This document shows positions 24,501 to 36,200 of a stretch of DNA of 64,000 bases, piece by piece. The DNA is from Macrostomum hystrix (lineage: Eukaryota > Animalia > Platyhelminthes). How positions within the stretch are numbered: the stretch's first letter is position 1; every line of letters begins with the position of its first letter. A program made the position numbers and the translations under genes. The DNA is taken from contig CATNEN010000002.1 in assembly GCA_950097015.1 (NCBI GenBank), positions 7,502,001 to 7,566,000 of the forward strand. The letters run 5' to 3'. A model generated the notes under the pieces. That model was not told where the DNA came from. It did not search any database and saw only the letters and a program-made list of their open reading frames with translations.

Positions 24501-24891
24501 ACCAATTTATTTGATGATCGCTTAAGCAAGCAGCGATTATTGCAGCTTTGCTATTTAAATAAATGTAAAAGAGGAAAAGCTAAATACTTCTGTGAAAGAA
24601 AAAACAAATAAGTTGCTTTCGCATTTGCGAAATTAAAATATTTTTATTTGACGCACACGAGGACAAGGTCACAAATATGAGGGCATTCAGATGAAAAACG
24701 AATGAATAAAAAACAAGGCAGAGAAAAATAATTCAAAACAATTTCTTTTTTTCATAGAACATATGCACGGAATCTAGGATTTGAGTCGAAAGTAAATCCT
24801 AAATAGAATTTTTGTAGAAAGCATATAAAATACATATAAATCAACACAGAGCATATCAACTAACAATTCTGCATGAAAAGTACAAAGCTAA

Positions 24892-27800
24892 TCATGAGTA
24901 CCTGGCCAGAATTGTGTCACCGGAGCTGATGTTATAGTAAAGAACCTCGCGAGTCTCCACCTCCATGGGATATTCAATGCCTGGCATCTCATTGCACAGG
25001 TAGAACAGCTCCACTTTGGCACTGGGCGGCAGGCGGAATGCCTTGCGCATGAAAGCGATCAGGTGTTGCACCAGCATGCGGCCTGGCAGCCGCTTCGTCA
25101 GCGACTGCAGCTTGTTCTCCTGGGGACAACGGGTGACAAGTCTGGTATTCACTGACAGTCTGGCATTCACAGACAGTCTGGCATTCACTGACAGTCTAGC
25201 AATCACTGACAGTCTAGCCATCACTGACAGTCTGGCATTCACTGACAGTCTAGCATTCACTGACAGTCTGGCATTCACTGACAGTCTAGCATTCACTGAC
25301 AGTCTGGCATTCACTAACTGCCAGTCCATGAGTGCCAGTCTAGCAATCACTGACAGTCTAGCATTCACTGACAGTCTGGCATTCACTGACAGTCTAGCAA
25401 TCACTGACAGTCTAGCAATCACTGACAGTCTGGCATTCACTGACAGTCTGGGATTCACTGACAGTCTGACATTCACTGTCAGTCTGGCATTCACTGACAG
25501 TCTAGCATTCACTGACAGTCTGGCATACACTGACAGTCTGGCATTCACTGACAGTCTAGCATTCACTGACAGTCTGGCATTCACTGACTGCCAGTCCATG
25601 AGTGCCAGTCTAGCAATCACTGACAGTCTAGCATTCACTGACAGTCTGGCATTCACTGACTGCCAGTCCATGAGTGCCAGTCTAGCATTCACTGACAGTC
25701 TGGCATTCACTGACAGTCTGGCATTTACTGACAGTCTGGCATTCACTGACAGTCTGGCATTCACTGACAGTCTGGCATTCACTGACAGTCTAGCATTCAC
25801 TGACAGTCTGGGATTCACTGACAGTCTAGCATTCACTGACAGTCTGGCATTCACTGACAGTCTGGGATTCACTGACAGTCTGGCATTCACTGACAGTCCG
25901 ACAGCACTCACCTCTCCCGTATCGGCCCGCACGCAACGCAGCCGCACCTCGAGCACGGAGTCCTTGAGGGCACGAGCGGACCTGCTGGCCATCTCCGCCT
26001 CGTCAGGAGCTCCCAGCTTGGCCAGCAGAGCCGGGAAGCTCGGATGCAACCTATTGAACTGCCTGACGGCCGGGTCGGACTGTTCCAGACTGGCCAGGTC
26101 CCTGAACTGGGCATAGTGCCGTTTCAGATAGTCGATTTCAGCGCCAACGCGCTCGTCTCGCTCGATGACGCTGCGGTTCAGCAGACGCAGGCGCGGCAGT
26201 CGGGCAATGGCCAGCTGCCTGGATTCACAGTTGGGCCACATGTTTCAGTCAGCTGTTCAGTCCATGGACTGGGGGGGGGCGCAAACCCTCCCAAATCTCT
26301 ACCCCAGTTGATATTCGTTCCCAGTGATGATTCAAGGTTTTTACTTTGACAGGGTTGTCGAGAGTTCGAATCTCACCAATATTTGTGAAACTATTTAATT
26401 TGCTTGAGCAAGATGATAATAATTATTATTATTATTGAAGGAGGGCTGCGGGCAATGGCACATCATTTGGTGACACTAGACCTGCAGCCAGCGAGGAGGC
26501 AATCGTGCCCATTTCGCTGACTCATAAGCACACACGCAGGCACACACTCACACAGGTGTGTACATCTGCCCTGACTGTCTCATAGTTGTTGGTCCTCAAG
26601 GACGTAAACTGCACGACAAGCCACCAAGCCTTCTCTCCGCGGCCGCATCCCAAATATGAAAGGGATCTTTGGTACTAGAGGCAAACGCGTTAACCGCTCT
26701 GCCACTCACCCTTCGCTTGAGCAAGATACTCACGAGTGTAAGTCTCTAGGGCTAAAGCGGCCTATTCAGTCCACTGACTGGACAGCTGTGCAGAGCCCTT
26801 GGAACCAAGAGCAATAGCCACAACAGGTGCCATTTCTATCTACATTAATTAGTTGCAACCCTAACACAGGAAACTTTCTAAGAAACATAGAGCAAAAACA
26901 AGGACTTGAAAATAAAAAAAAGACCCTAGAAACTATAAACAAGCTGGGAAAGATAAAAACCAATGAAGCCAATCACCTGGACGTGGCCTCGTTCTGCGCG
27001 ACCCACAGCGGATTATCAAGCAGCATTAACAATCGAAGGCTCGGCAGTTGGTGCAGCTGAGCTACGGAGGCCCAGTCAGCCAGCTGGTTGCTGGCCAAAG
27101 CGAGCGACTCCAACGCGGGAAAGACAACCCGGCTGCTGTCTCCGCTATCGCCACAATTACAGGCTCCCATTCCGTCATCGTCATCATCTACGGAGAGCTG
27201 CAGCTGAGTGAGCTGGCAGCCGTTGAGATTGAGCATTCGAAGGCTAGTCAATTGGCGGCCCATACTATGCAGATTGCAACCATCCCGCATGGGATTGTAG
27301 GCCAGGTCCAGCTCCACCAGTTTGCACGCGTGCTGCGGCAGCTCGCCAATTCGGTCGATGGAATTGTAGGACAGGCCCAGCAAGCGCAGGCCGGGCATCA
27401 GGCGCCACAGACTGACAGCTTCGGCCCAATCCAGGCCGGCTTTGTTCAGCACTAATGACTGAATTCGGGCGAATGAGTCCGGTGGGTCAGGTGAGAAACC
27501 TGAGCAAAATTGCAGGTGATTTGATATCGCTTGCAAAATCTCATTATCATAAGAAACGATTCAAGTAATGAGTTTTAATTAAGATATTTTAGTTTCAGAC
27601 TTTAACAACATTTAATATTTTTATATTTACATATGATAAAATTATTTTTCAACAATAATAACTGATTACACCTGCCCCATTGCGCCAAATGTGCAGCCCA
27701 CAGCACAGCAAAGTCGCAGCTATTGTGCGGCGTATTTGAAGGCTGCGTACGGCTGTTCAGTCCATGGACTGGTGGGACTAATGAGTGAACTGAAGCAATG

Positions 27801-30104
27801 CAGAGTTAAGAGTCTCGCTAAAGTGCCCAAATTGTTCCAATGGAGTCGGGAAAAGAACCCCGGACCTTTAAGTCGAGTCAGACTTACTAACCGCTATACT
27901 AGGCTACAACGGCCTCAAAGTCGTTAACTATACCATCGCACCATTATTTCCTTGCCCAATGTTTAAATGACTTCGAACAAGATTGGAATTATCGGCCCGG
28001 GTATCGGCTAACGAGTAAAAGGTGTGTACAGCTATTCAGTCCGTGGACTGGGTAGGCCGGTCCACAGACTTTTTTCCAGCAAGGCGATCGATTTAGCAAC
28101 AAATGAATTGGCATTGATTGTAGGGATTTTCTTTAAATAAGTGTCCAATCTTCCCATGGACTGAGATTCGAACTCACGACCTCTTAAGTCAAAAGTCCGA
28201 AGCTCTAGCCACTAAGCTACAGGCCAAAAAGACGGTCTCTTACTGCGAATACTCAAACAAAACTCACCAGCCGGCGAGGCCAACACATTCTGACTCAAGT
28301 TGATTGCTTTCAGATTTGGCAGGGCATTGGCAATTTTTGCCACTTCCGCCCAGTCGTGAAACAGGGTATGGCTGAGGTCCAGATCTGAGAGGCTGGGCAA
28401 GCGGCTGCTCAGCTGACTCTCATCTTCCTCGCTGCAGAATGCGACAGGAACACCTGGAAACAGGTTGGGCGAAGTGGGCGAATGGCTAATGAAATCACCC
28501 GGCATTTTATTCTTGTTTATAAATATAACTAAGGTCCAACTGATAGCTAAGTCTAACAGGTGACATTCAGGTCTAACAGGTGACATTCAGGTCTAACAGG
28601 TGACATTCAGGTCTAACAGGTGACATTCAGGTCTAACAGTTAACAGTCAGGTCTGACAGGTGATCGGCTGTCAGATCCAACAGGTGACACAGCCAGGTCC
28701 AACAGGTGACACAGTCAGGACTAACAGATGACACAGTCAGGACTAACAGGTGACACAGTCAGGACTAACAGGTGACACAGTCAGGTCCAACAGGTGACAG
28801 TCAGGTTTAACATGTGACACACTCGGGTCTGACAGGTGAGGTGACAGTCAGGTCATACAGGTGAGAGAATTGACAGGTGACAGTCAGGTATAACAAGAAA
28901 CATCAAACAGTTTACACAAGCTGGTCTAACAGGTTAATAATGGGGGCGAGAGGCGAATGAGTTGAGCATACCAGAGAGCATAACGGAATTGAGCGTGGCC
29001 AGCTTGGACATTCTCTGGCCAGCCTTCACCATGCCGTACAGTTTAATGGGCTTCGCATAGATATTTAGATCGCTTTCGAAGGCCAGCTCTGATTGCGTCA
29101 TGCCGCATCGGTCGTCAGTAGGTGCGGAATAGCGCTGAGCAATGCCAGCTAGCAGGCTGATGCCTGTGCTGACCCGGTTGGCCTTCACAAAGGAGGCCGA
29201 TGTCTCTTGAGCGGCCTGGGGTGATGATAGGTGAGAGTGCAGAAGCTGTACATTTTTGCTCCAAAGGCAGGAAGTCTTTAAAGTGAGAAGGTGTTAAGGA
29301 TCAGATAGAGCGGCGGTGCTGAAGAAGTGATAGATCAGGTGGAGCGGCTGTCTTGAAGGAGTGATAGATCAGGTGGAGCGGCTGTCTTGAAGGAGTGATA
29401 GATCAGATGGAGCGGCTGTCTTGAAGGAGTGATAGATCAGGTGGAGCGGCTGTCTTGAAGGAGTGATAGATCAGGTGGAGCCGCTGTGTTGAAGAAGTGA
29501 TGGATCAGGTGGAGCGGGATTGAAGGATCGGATGGAGCGGCGGTCCTGAAGGAGTGAAGGATCGGATGGAGCGGCGGTCCTGAAGGAGTGAAGGATCAGA
29601 TGGAGCGGCGGTCCTGAAGGAGTGAAGGATCGGATGGAGCGGCGGTCCTGAAGGAGTGAAGGATCAGATGGAGCGGCGGTCCTGAAGGAGTGAAGGATCA
29701 GATGGAGCGGCGGTCCTGAAGGAGTGAAGGATCGGATGGAGCGGCGGTCCTGAAGGAGTGAAGGATCAGATGGAGCGGCAAACCATGATGATTTTAGAAA
29801 CATAACTTAGGTTTAAATAATTGCGAATTTATACACAACTTGATAGTTGTATAGCCTCTTGTTAAACTTATTAATGTTAGGCTTCTTACAAAAAATCGTC
29901 ATACTTAGAGAAGTGAGCTCAAAGCACCTTGAAATACTGTACTCCGTTATGCGTCCCATTGTGCCGACCGCGCTCTGGCTCGTCCCAGTCGATGCCCAAC
30001 CAGGTCTCGCGGCTATTGCCAACAGGCCCGATGTACTTTACAACACCAAAATGGCCATCTAGCTCTATCCGACGGCCTAGTAAGTTTTGCGATGCAGCAG
30101 ACAT
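24892..30104 (-). CDS. TBCE: Tubulin-specific chaperone E (CAP-Gly, LRRs, ubiquitin-like), about 554 aa
   Basis: Exons 29928-30104, 28972-29215, 28268-28453, 26977-27499, 25912-26218, 24892-25119; phases consistent. CAP-Gly GVVKYIGPV..WLGIDWD..RGRHNG..GVQYF, LRRs (LSDLDLSHTLFHDW), RQLAIARLPRL..ERVGAEIDYLK, C-terminal UBL. Confidence 0.94.
25138..25898. repeat. 18-bp minisatellite (ACTGACAGTCTGGCATTC)n filling TBCE intron 5
   Basis: About 42 units; encodes (SVNARL)n in the TBCE reading frame. Confidence 0.96.
26415..26714 (-). mobile_element. tRNA-headed SINE, copy 2, with perfect 13-bp TSD
   Basis: Head GGGTGAGTGGCAGAGCGGTTAACGCG (A-box) and (TAA)n tail. GCTTGAGCAAGAT at 26402-26414 and 26715-26727. 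Confidence 0.88.
28153..28225 (-). pseudogene. tRNA-derived sequence (SINE head or tRNA pseudogene)
   Basis: GGCCTGTAGCTTAGTGGCTAGAGC...GTGAGTTCGAATCTCA contains A- and B-boxes and a T-arm, but acceptor and anticodon stems do not pair. Confidence 0.6.
28549..28935. repeat. About 20-22-bp degenerate minisatellite (TCTAACAGGTGACATTCAGG)n
   Basis: Tandem units in TBCE intron 2. Confidence 0.85.
29310..29780. repeat. 34-bp minisatellite (GATCAGATGGAGCGGCGGTCCTGAAGGAGTGAAG)n
   Basis: Tandem units in TBCE intron 1. Confidence 0.93.
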
Positions 30105-31699
30105 AATGCTAAGTTTTTTGCTACTTAGAATGCTGTAAGGAAAAGGATAGTTCTGCACTGTTAAGTTAAGATACTGCCAGACAATGGTCGACCAGGCCTA
30201 GCCGATTGAGCATGAACTAGTACTATTTTATTGCTTATTACTTATATTTAAAGGCTATTATGTGCCTTATCTTGCTCCTGTTTGCAACTAACCCTCTTTC
30301 TCTCTCATTTTTATTTTCTCTCTGAGTCAGTTGCAATTGGCTTGCTGGGCTGCCAAGGTCAGGTAATTAAAAGTGTCTGCCCAGCCTTCTGTCTGAAGAT
30401 GGTCATGCTGCAAACCTCTCCCACTGTATTAATGTGTAGGACTGAAAGTCATGTTCTCTATTATTTTGCTAGCTCTTGCTGACAGCTAATAGTGCAAGAA
30501 TAGACTAGAAGTGTTGAACTGACACTATCATTTGCATGCATCTATACCAAAATAAATTGGCAACATAAAATTTACCAAAAAAATTTAAACTTAATTTTAA
30601 CATTTTAAGTTTACATCAACAATATACATTGGTATTGATAAATGTAAATATTAGTTGGAATTGGAAAAAGTTTACATTGGCAATGCATTTTGGTATAGGT
30701 ATGTGTAAATAAAAGTTAACATTGGGAAAAGTTTATGTTGGGGGATGAGTCACTAGCATAACTAATTGCTTATGGCCAGTTAGGGAATTCCCTGACACAC
30801 CCCCGATTAGAATCTTGTCCCCTGAGCACCCACCCACTCCAGTGAATGCACATTTTAATGTTGGTTTAATATCAATAAAAACCAATTTGCTAAAGTTATA
30901 TAAATCTCATACGTATATTATATAGATAAAATTTAACTAAGTTCTATTTGTTATCCATTGATTAGGCCTATATAAATTCTGATTTTATAATTTTAAGTTT
31001 ATCAAGATTTTTATTCACACAGTTCAACAAATTGCTTCATGAAAATATATATACTTTTAGACACATGTTTATACCAAATAGCAATATTTAATACATATAT
31101 ATATATATAATCAGTTAGCTAAGCATTTTGTTTTTATCAGCTAATCAATTCAATTACAGGTGAATATTAATGAAGGTGACACAACAGGTAAATTTTTTTA
31201 CATTTACAAAATATTGTTATCTTCACTTTTGAGTAAATCTGAGGGTGAATCTCTTTGCTTTTGTATTGTGACAAATTTAAATAAACCGGATGTGTTAATT
31301 AGTTATTAATATGATGTTCAGTGATAAATAAAGTTCTGAAGACAATCTAGGAGAAATAAAAGAACTGAATATTGGATTATACTGCTAGCAATACACTTTT
31401 TGATTCAATTTTTTTGATTTTTGAATAATACATTATTAGAAATGACTTGTAAAAGGCTGTAAAAAGCAAAAGCATAGTAAAATATTTGAGTTAGGCCTAC
31501 ATACATGAGACATAGGCCCCCTACTAAGTAAGAAAGAAGCCAGAAAAAATATCATACCATACTTATATAATGATGCCATTTATTGTCAATTTAATTTCAC
31601 TCCTGTTCTTGCCTGAGAATTGCCAACAATTTTCATTACATGTAGGCCCTATATATACTAATTTATACTTCTAGGCCCTAGCCCCTAGCTAATTAAAAA

Positions 31700-32110
31700 G
31701 GTAGTTGTTATTTGTCCGGTTAACCTGTTAACCACCCAAGGACTTAATTTCTCCCCTTTCAATGAGCAGGAGCAACGATCCTCCCAAAGACCACTCTTGC
31801 CCTGCTAATAGCCATCTTGAGTCTTGACCTCACAAAGACCAAACTATACCCTTGAACTAAGTTAGTCCCTGAAACAACCGAATTTCTGTAAAAGGTTTTA
31901 ATTTTTTTAATTAGCTGATAAGCGAAAATAATTTGAGACACAAACTTCAAATCTGAATGCCTGTCCTTTTGCAGCTTGTTAATTATTTTATCTTACAAAT
32001 GATAGAGGTTCTCGTGGTAGCGCAACAACCCCACAACCTCGGTTAACCGGACAAATAACCAAATGGCTATTTGTCCGGTTAACCGGACAAATAGGGGCCT
32101 AACAACTACC
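31700..32110. mobile_element. Mutator-type MITE (non-autonomous)
   Basis: TIR GGTAGTTGTTATTTGTCCGGTTAACC; the right copy has an 8-nt insertion. Perfect 9-bp TSD AATTAAAAA at 31691-31699 and 32111-32119. Confidence 0.75.
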
Positions 32111-33218
32111 AATTAAAAAACTGAAGAGGAAAAATTAGTTAAAAACAAATAAGAAACTTATTTAAGTAAGAGTCACTCTATAACAACTTTGGTCACAACT
32201 GTATGATCATTAGCATTATGAAAAGAAACTCAGCTTTGGTATAGCTTTGGTATAGATATGCCTATGCCTATACTATACTGGTATATTTGGTAATGGCATG
32301 GAATATTCAACGTTGAGTATTTCATTATAGATTCATTAATTCAGTATATTCTGTATTTGGGACTTCTGTGTTTCCTTTGTAGCAATATGAAAACGGAAGC
32401 GGAACACAAAAACATTAATTCATGTTTTTCTTGCATATATTTGTTTTTTCTGTTCTAAAATTTTTACTGATTTTAGCGCGAATTTAAGTGCCATACCATA
32501 TGCTTTTATAGCTCGTACGGATCATATTAGGCAGTCATTCGTTCCCCTTACTTTGGTCCTCTCCTATTGAACCTAGGCTTTTTTGTTATATGAAGGTATG
32601 GTATGCCACGATTTTTCGCTTAATTAGTGACGTCTCATACTTCTATATTCACTTTTAAATGATGTTATAAATGGAGAAACTTTTATTGAAACGAATCGAG
32701 TAACGGAACCTAATGGTTTCAAATCAATTTCAAAAACCCATGGATGCGCAACACAGATTTTAAAAATTAACCCAAATTTGCAGAACACAAGGCAATTTTA
32801 TTAAGAAGTGCAATGCGACACAAAAAATAAATACTGCGAAACTTCCTAAAATTGAAATATGCCTACAGTACAGTAGGGCCTAGCTTGTTTTAAGATTAAA
32901 ATGTTATCAACAATTTTAACTCTGCTTTGCCTAGGCCATTTATATTGCTCACTTGAAATATACTTTTCTTAATACCCTAAGTTTATGATAAATTGTTTAT
33001 TATAACTATGTAAATAAATAAATAAATAAATGTTTATCATCAACAATCTTTAAAACTAATCTTGGTTTTGCAAATATTTCTGTGCATCAATTATAGTTTG
33101 TTAGAGAGTTGTTAATTTTATGATAATCTTTTTCCATTGATTAACTTTCCAGTGGTGCAGCTTAGCCTGGCTCACCCCGAAGCAAATTGGCCTGTTTGCA
33201 AGTGGCCCCAATGTTACC

Positions 33219-36200
33219 ATGTCTACCAATAGCACCCCTTTGATGTTAGCATCAAACAATTCTACCTCAGCTGTTGGTGTTATTGGCACTGTTGCTGGAC
33301 CCAGCTTTGTGTCACTGAAGCCAGGACTGACATCGCCTGCTGTGGACTGGCAACCAATGCTACCTCCACTGTTGGCTGCTGCCGGCACCTTTGACAGCCA
33401 GCTGGTTGGCCTGGCAGCCACCTCTGAGCAGACCTTGCACCTGATCCCTGCTCCACCATTGCCAGCTGTATCTGTATCTGCAGCCAACTTTGTGAACAGC
33501 CTGATGCTAACTCCTGATGCTGGCAACAACAGCTGTGTTAACAACAATGGCCATGTGTCTCTACCACCATTTAGGTTTGCATCGCAAGATGCTGCAGCAG
33601 CAGCAGCAGCGGCAGCGGCTGCCATGGCTGCAGCTGCAGTGCCATTCGTTTGTCAGCAGCAGCTAGACCAACTGCCGACACTTCTAGCTGACATGTCCGA
33701 TGATATGAGCCTTGCTGTGATGGGTGTCGGCCTCGACAACCAAGGCAACACTGACGCGGCAGTTGGGACTGACAAGTTTCAGTTTAGCCTCTCAGCTGCC
33801 ACTTCGCCAGCCATCAAGCTGAACGAGGAACCACTTACTTATCTGAATCAGGGTAAAAAAATAAGAGCTTTAAACACTTTCTTGTGTTTTTGTTGACAAA
33901 ATACCTTGGCTTTGATTTTTGTGATTTAGCCATCCCAACCCAACGTTTCTGCAGGCAGTCCATATGAAGTCAAAATGTCTTGCTCAGCTACTGGTGACAA
34001 GTCACGGCTGCTCAAGGTGAGTTTGGACTCTGTCAGCCTGACTCTCCATCTGACTGACTCTCCATCTGACTGACTCTCCATCTGACTGACTCTCCATCTG
34101 ACTGACTCTCCGTCTGACTGACTCTCCATCTGACTGACTCTCCATCTGACTGACTCTCCGTCTGACTGACTCTCCGTCTGACTGACTCTCCATCTGACTG
34201 ACTCTCCATCTGACTGACTCTCCGTCTGACTGACTCTCCGTCTGACTGACTCTCCATCTGACTGACTCTCCATCTGACTGACTCTCCATCTGACTGACTC
34301 TCCGTCTGACTGACTCTCCATCTGACTGACTCTCCGTCTGACTGATTCTCCATCTGACTGACTCTCCACCTGACTGACTCTCCATCTGACTGACTCTCCA
34401 TCTGACTGACTCTCATATTATTAGTAGTACATCGGTAACTGTTGGATTTGCAGTGTTAATAATTCACAATCACAATAGCATGTTTTGATGCGCATTGGCT
34501 GAAAGCTCTTTATGCACTTAGCGGACGGTACGGTACACATTCCAGGCCTTTTATTGCCATTAGGAGTCTAAAATTTAGTAGCAAACTCATGCGCAATTCC
34601 TTGCCCTTTGTTGTCTGGCCAGCGTGTTGGGCCGCTACCCACCCCAGCCCAGTGTACGGCTGAGTCAGCTGCCTCATACCATTTTTTCTCTGGCTAACCT
34701 TCAATGCACCGGGGCCAGTCTGTCTGCCTCAACCCTGCCTTATTCCACTGATTGGATTGGCTGAGCTGAATGTCACTTGTGTTTGCACTTTTACCCGGCC
34801 TATGACTGAGCTTTCATTTATGTCAAGGTTACTCGTGGGTTCTTTACAGAATCTACTTCTCTGTAGGCTGCTTGCTGCATTCATTCATTATGCATGCTGA
34901 AATGAAACTTATTTTATTGACTGAGTCTGCTTAAAAGTGATTTTGGTGCACTTTTGCATTCTCTGCTACACCTGACATTTAAGGTTGTCACACTTTTACT
35001 AATTTCTCTTTTCCGATAGTTTGCCATTTCATTTCATTTGTTTGTCCTACAGTGTTTTTCCTACACCCCAGACATTTTCACGGACTTACCACTGTCTCGT
35101 GTTTTATCATACGCTTGTTTTTACAATTTCTCTTCTCATCCGTCCACTTGTTCTCCTGTCCGGTGTCCACCGGTTCACTTGTCCATAAAACACCTTGCCC
35201 CAAATGCAATTGGCAGCGTTTCATCTCTGATATTTTTTATCATAATGAATAAAATTCAATACATTTTGCAAACCGGCCTACTTAAAGTAGCTCACTGCGC
35301 GTATTGCCAACCAAAAAACAAACAAAAAATCCACTGGTTAACGCAGAGCGTATTCCGCGTCAGCTTCCACGATCGACGCATGCAGTTCATGGAAAAGGAG
35401 CACCTGGACTACTGGCGCCAGAGCCGGCCTGGCGAGCGCATTCTAGACTTAGACATCCCGCTGTCCTACAATCTGCGCGGCGTCACGGCCTCGCCCGGCT
35501 GCATCAACTCTGCCGAGGTGCTCTGGGAGCCCGGGCCAGAGTGCGCCGCCTTTGTCAGGCTGAACTGCATCAGCACGGAATTCACGGCCAGGAAGCACGG
35601 CGGCGAGAAGGGCGTCCCGTTCCGGCTGCAGATTGACACCTATGATCAGGTTGATGGTCAGCACCTGTGCAGTGTTGCCGCTCAGGTCAAGGTGAGCATG
35701 TGTAGCTAGCTAGGCATTTTATAATCTTCAATCCCCTTCCCAACCTACTGATCCCCTTCCCAGCCTTTTAATCCCCTTCCCAGTCTACAAATTCCGCGAG
35801 TCCATGAGTACAGAGTCCCTAAGCTCGATTCCGCGGCGAGGCCACATTCATTTGGGTGCAGCCGCCGAGAGAAGGCTTGGGGGCTTGTCGTACAATCTAT
35901 GCCTTTGAGGGCCAACCTTCAAGGCACAGTGAAGTGTACACTGCCTGACGATGAAAATGTCAGGGCAGATGTACACACCTGTGTGCGTGTGTGCTCAGGA
36001 CTCAGCGAATGGGCAGAATTGCCTCCTCGCTGGCTGCGGGTCTAGTGTCACCAGATAAAGTCCCATTGCCCAAAGCCCTCCTGTAATTAATAATAATAAT
36101 ATTATTATTATTATACAGATCCCCTTCCCAGCCAACAGCCTACTTCATGGCTACCCACGCTCTCCCCAATCACTGTCAGGTGTTCAAGCCCAAAGGCGCA

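Noticed and set aside
28153-28225. Functional tRNA gene
   Set aside because: A- and B-boxes are present but acceptor and anticodon stems do not pair; treated as tRNA-derived.
30390-30455. CTGAAGATGGTC...GACTGAAAGTC, another hammerhead-like spacing
   Set aside because: Helix III cannot form and helix I depends on wobble pairs; at most a decayed relic.
36019-36032. GCCTCCTCGCTGGC in the SINE is identical to P3-L3 of the genomic HDV ribozyme
   Set aside because: No upstream P1 strand and no P1.1 GG in the required position. The flanks pair better as ordinary hairpins (GTCAGCGA/TCGCTGGC and GGCTGCGGGT/GCCCGCAGCC). Worth retesting on the SINE consensus.
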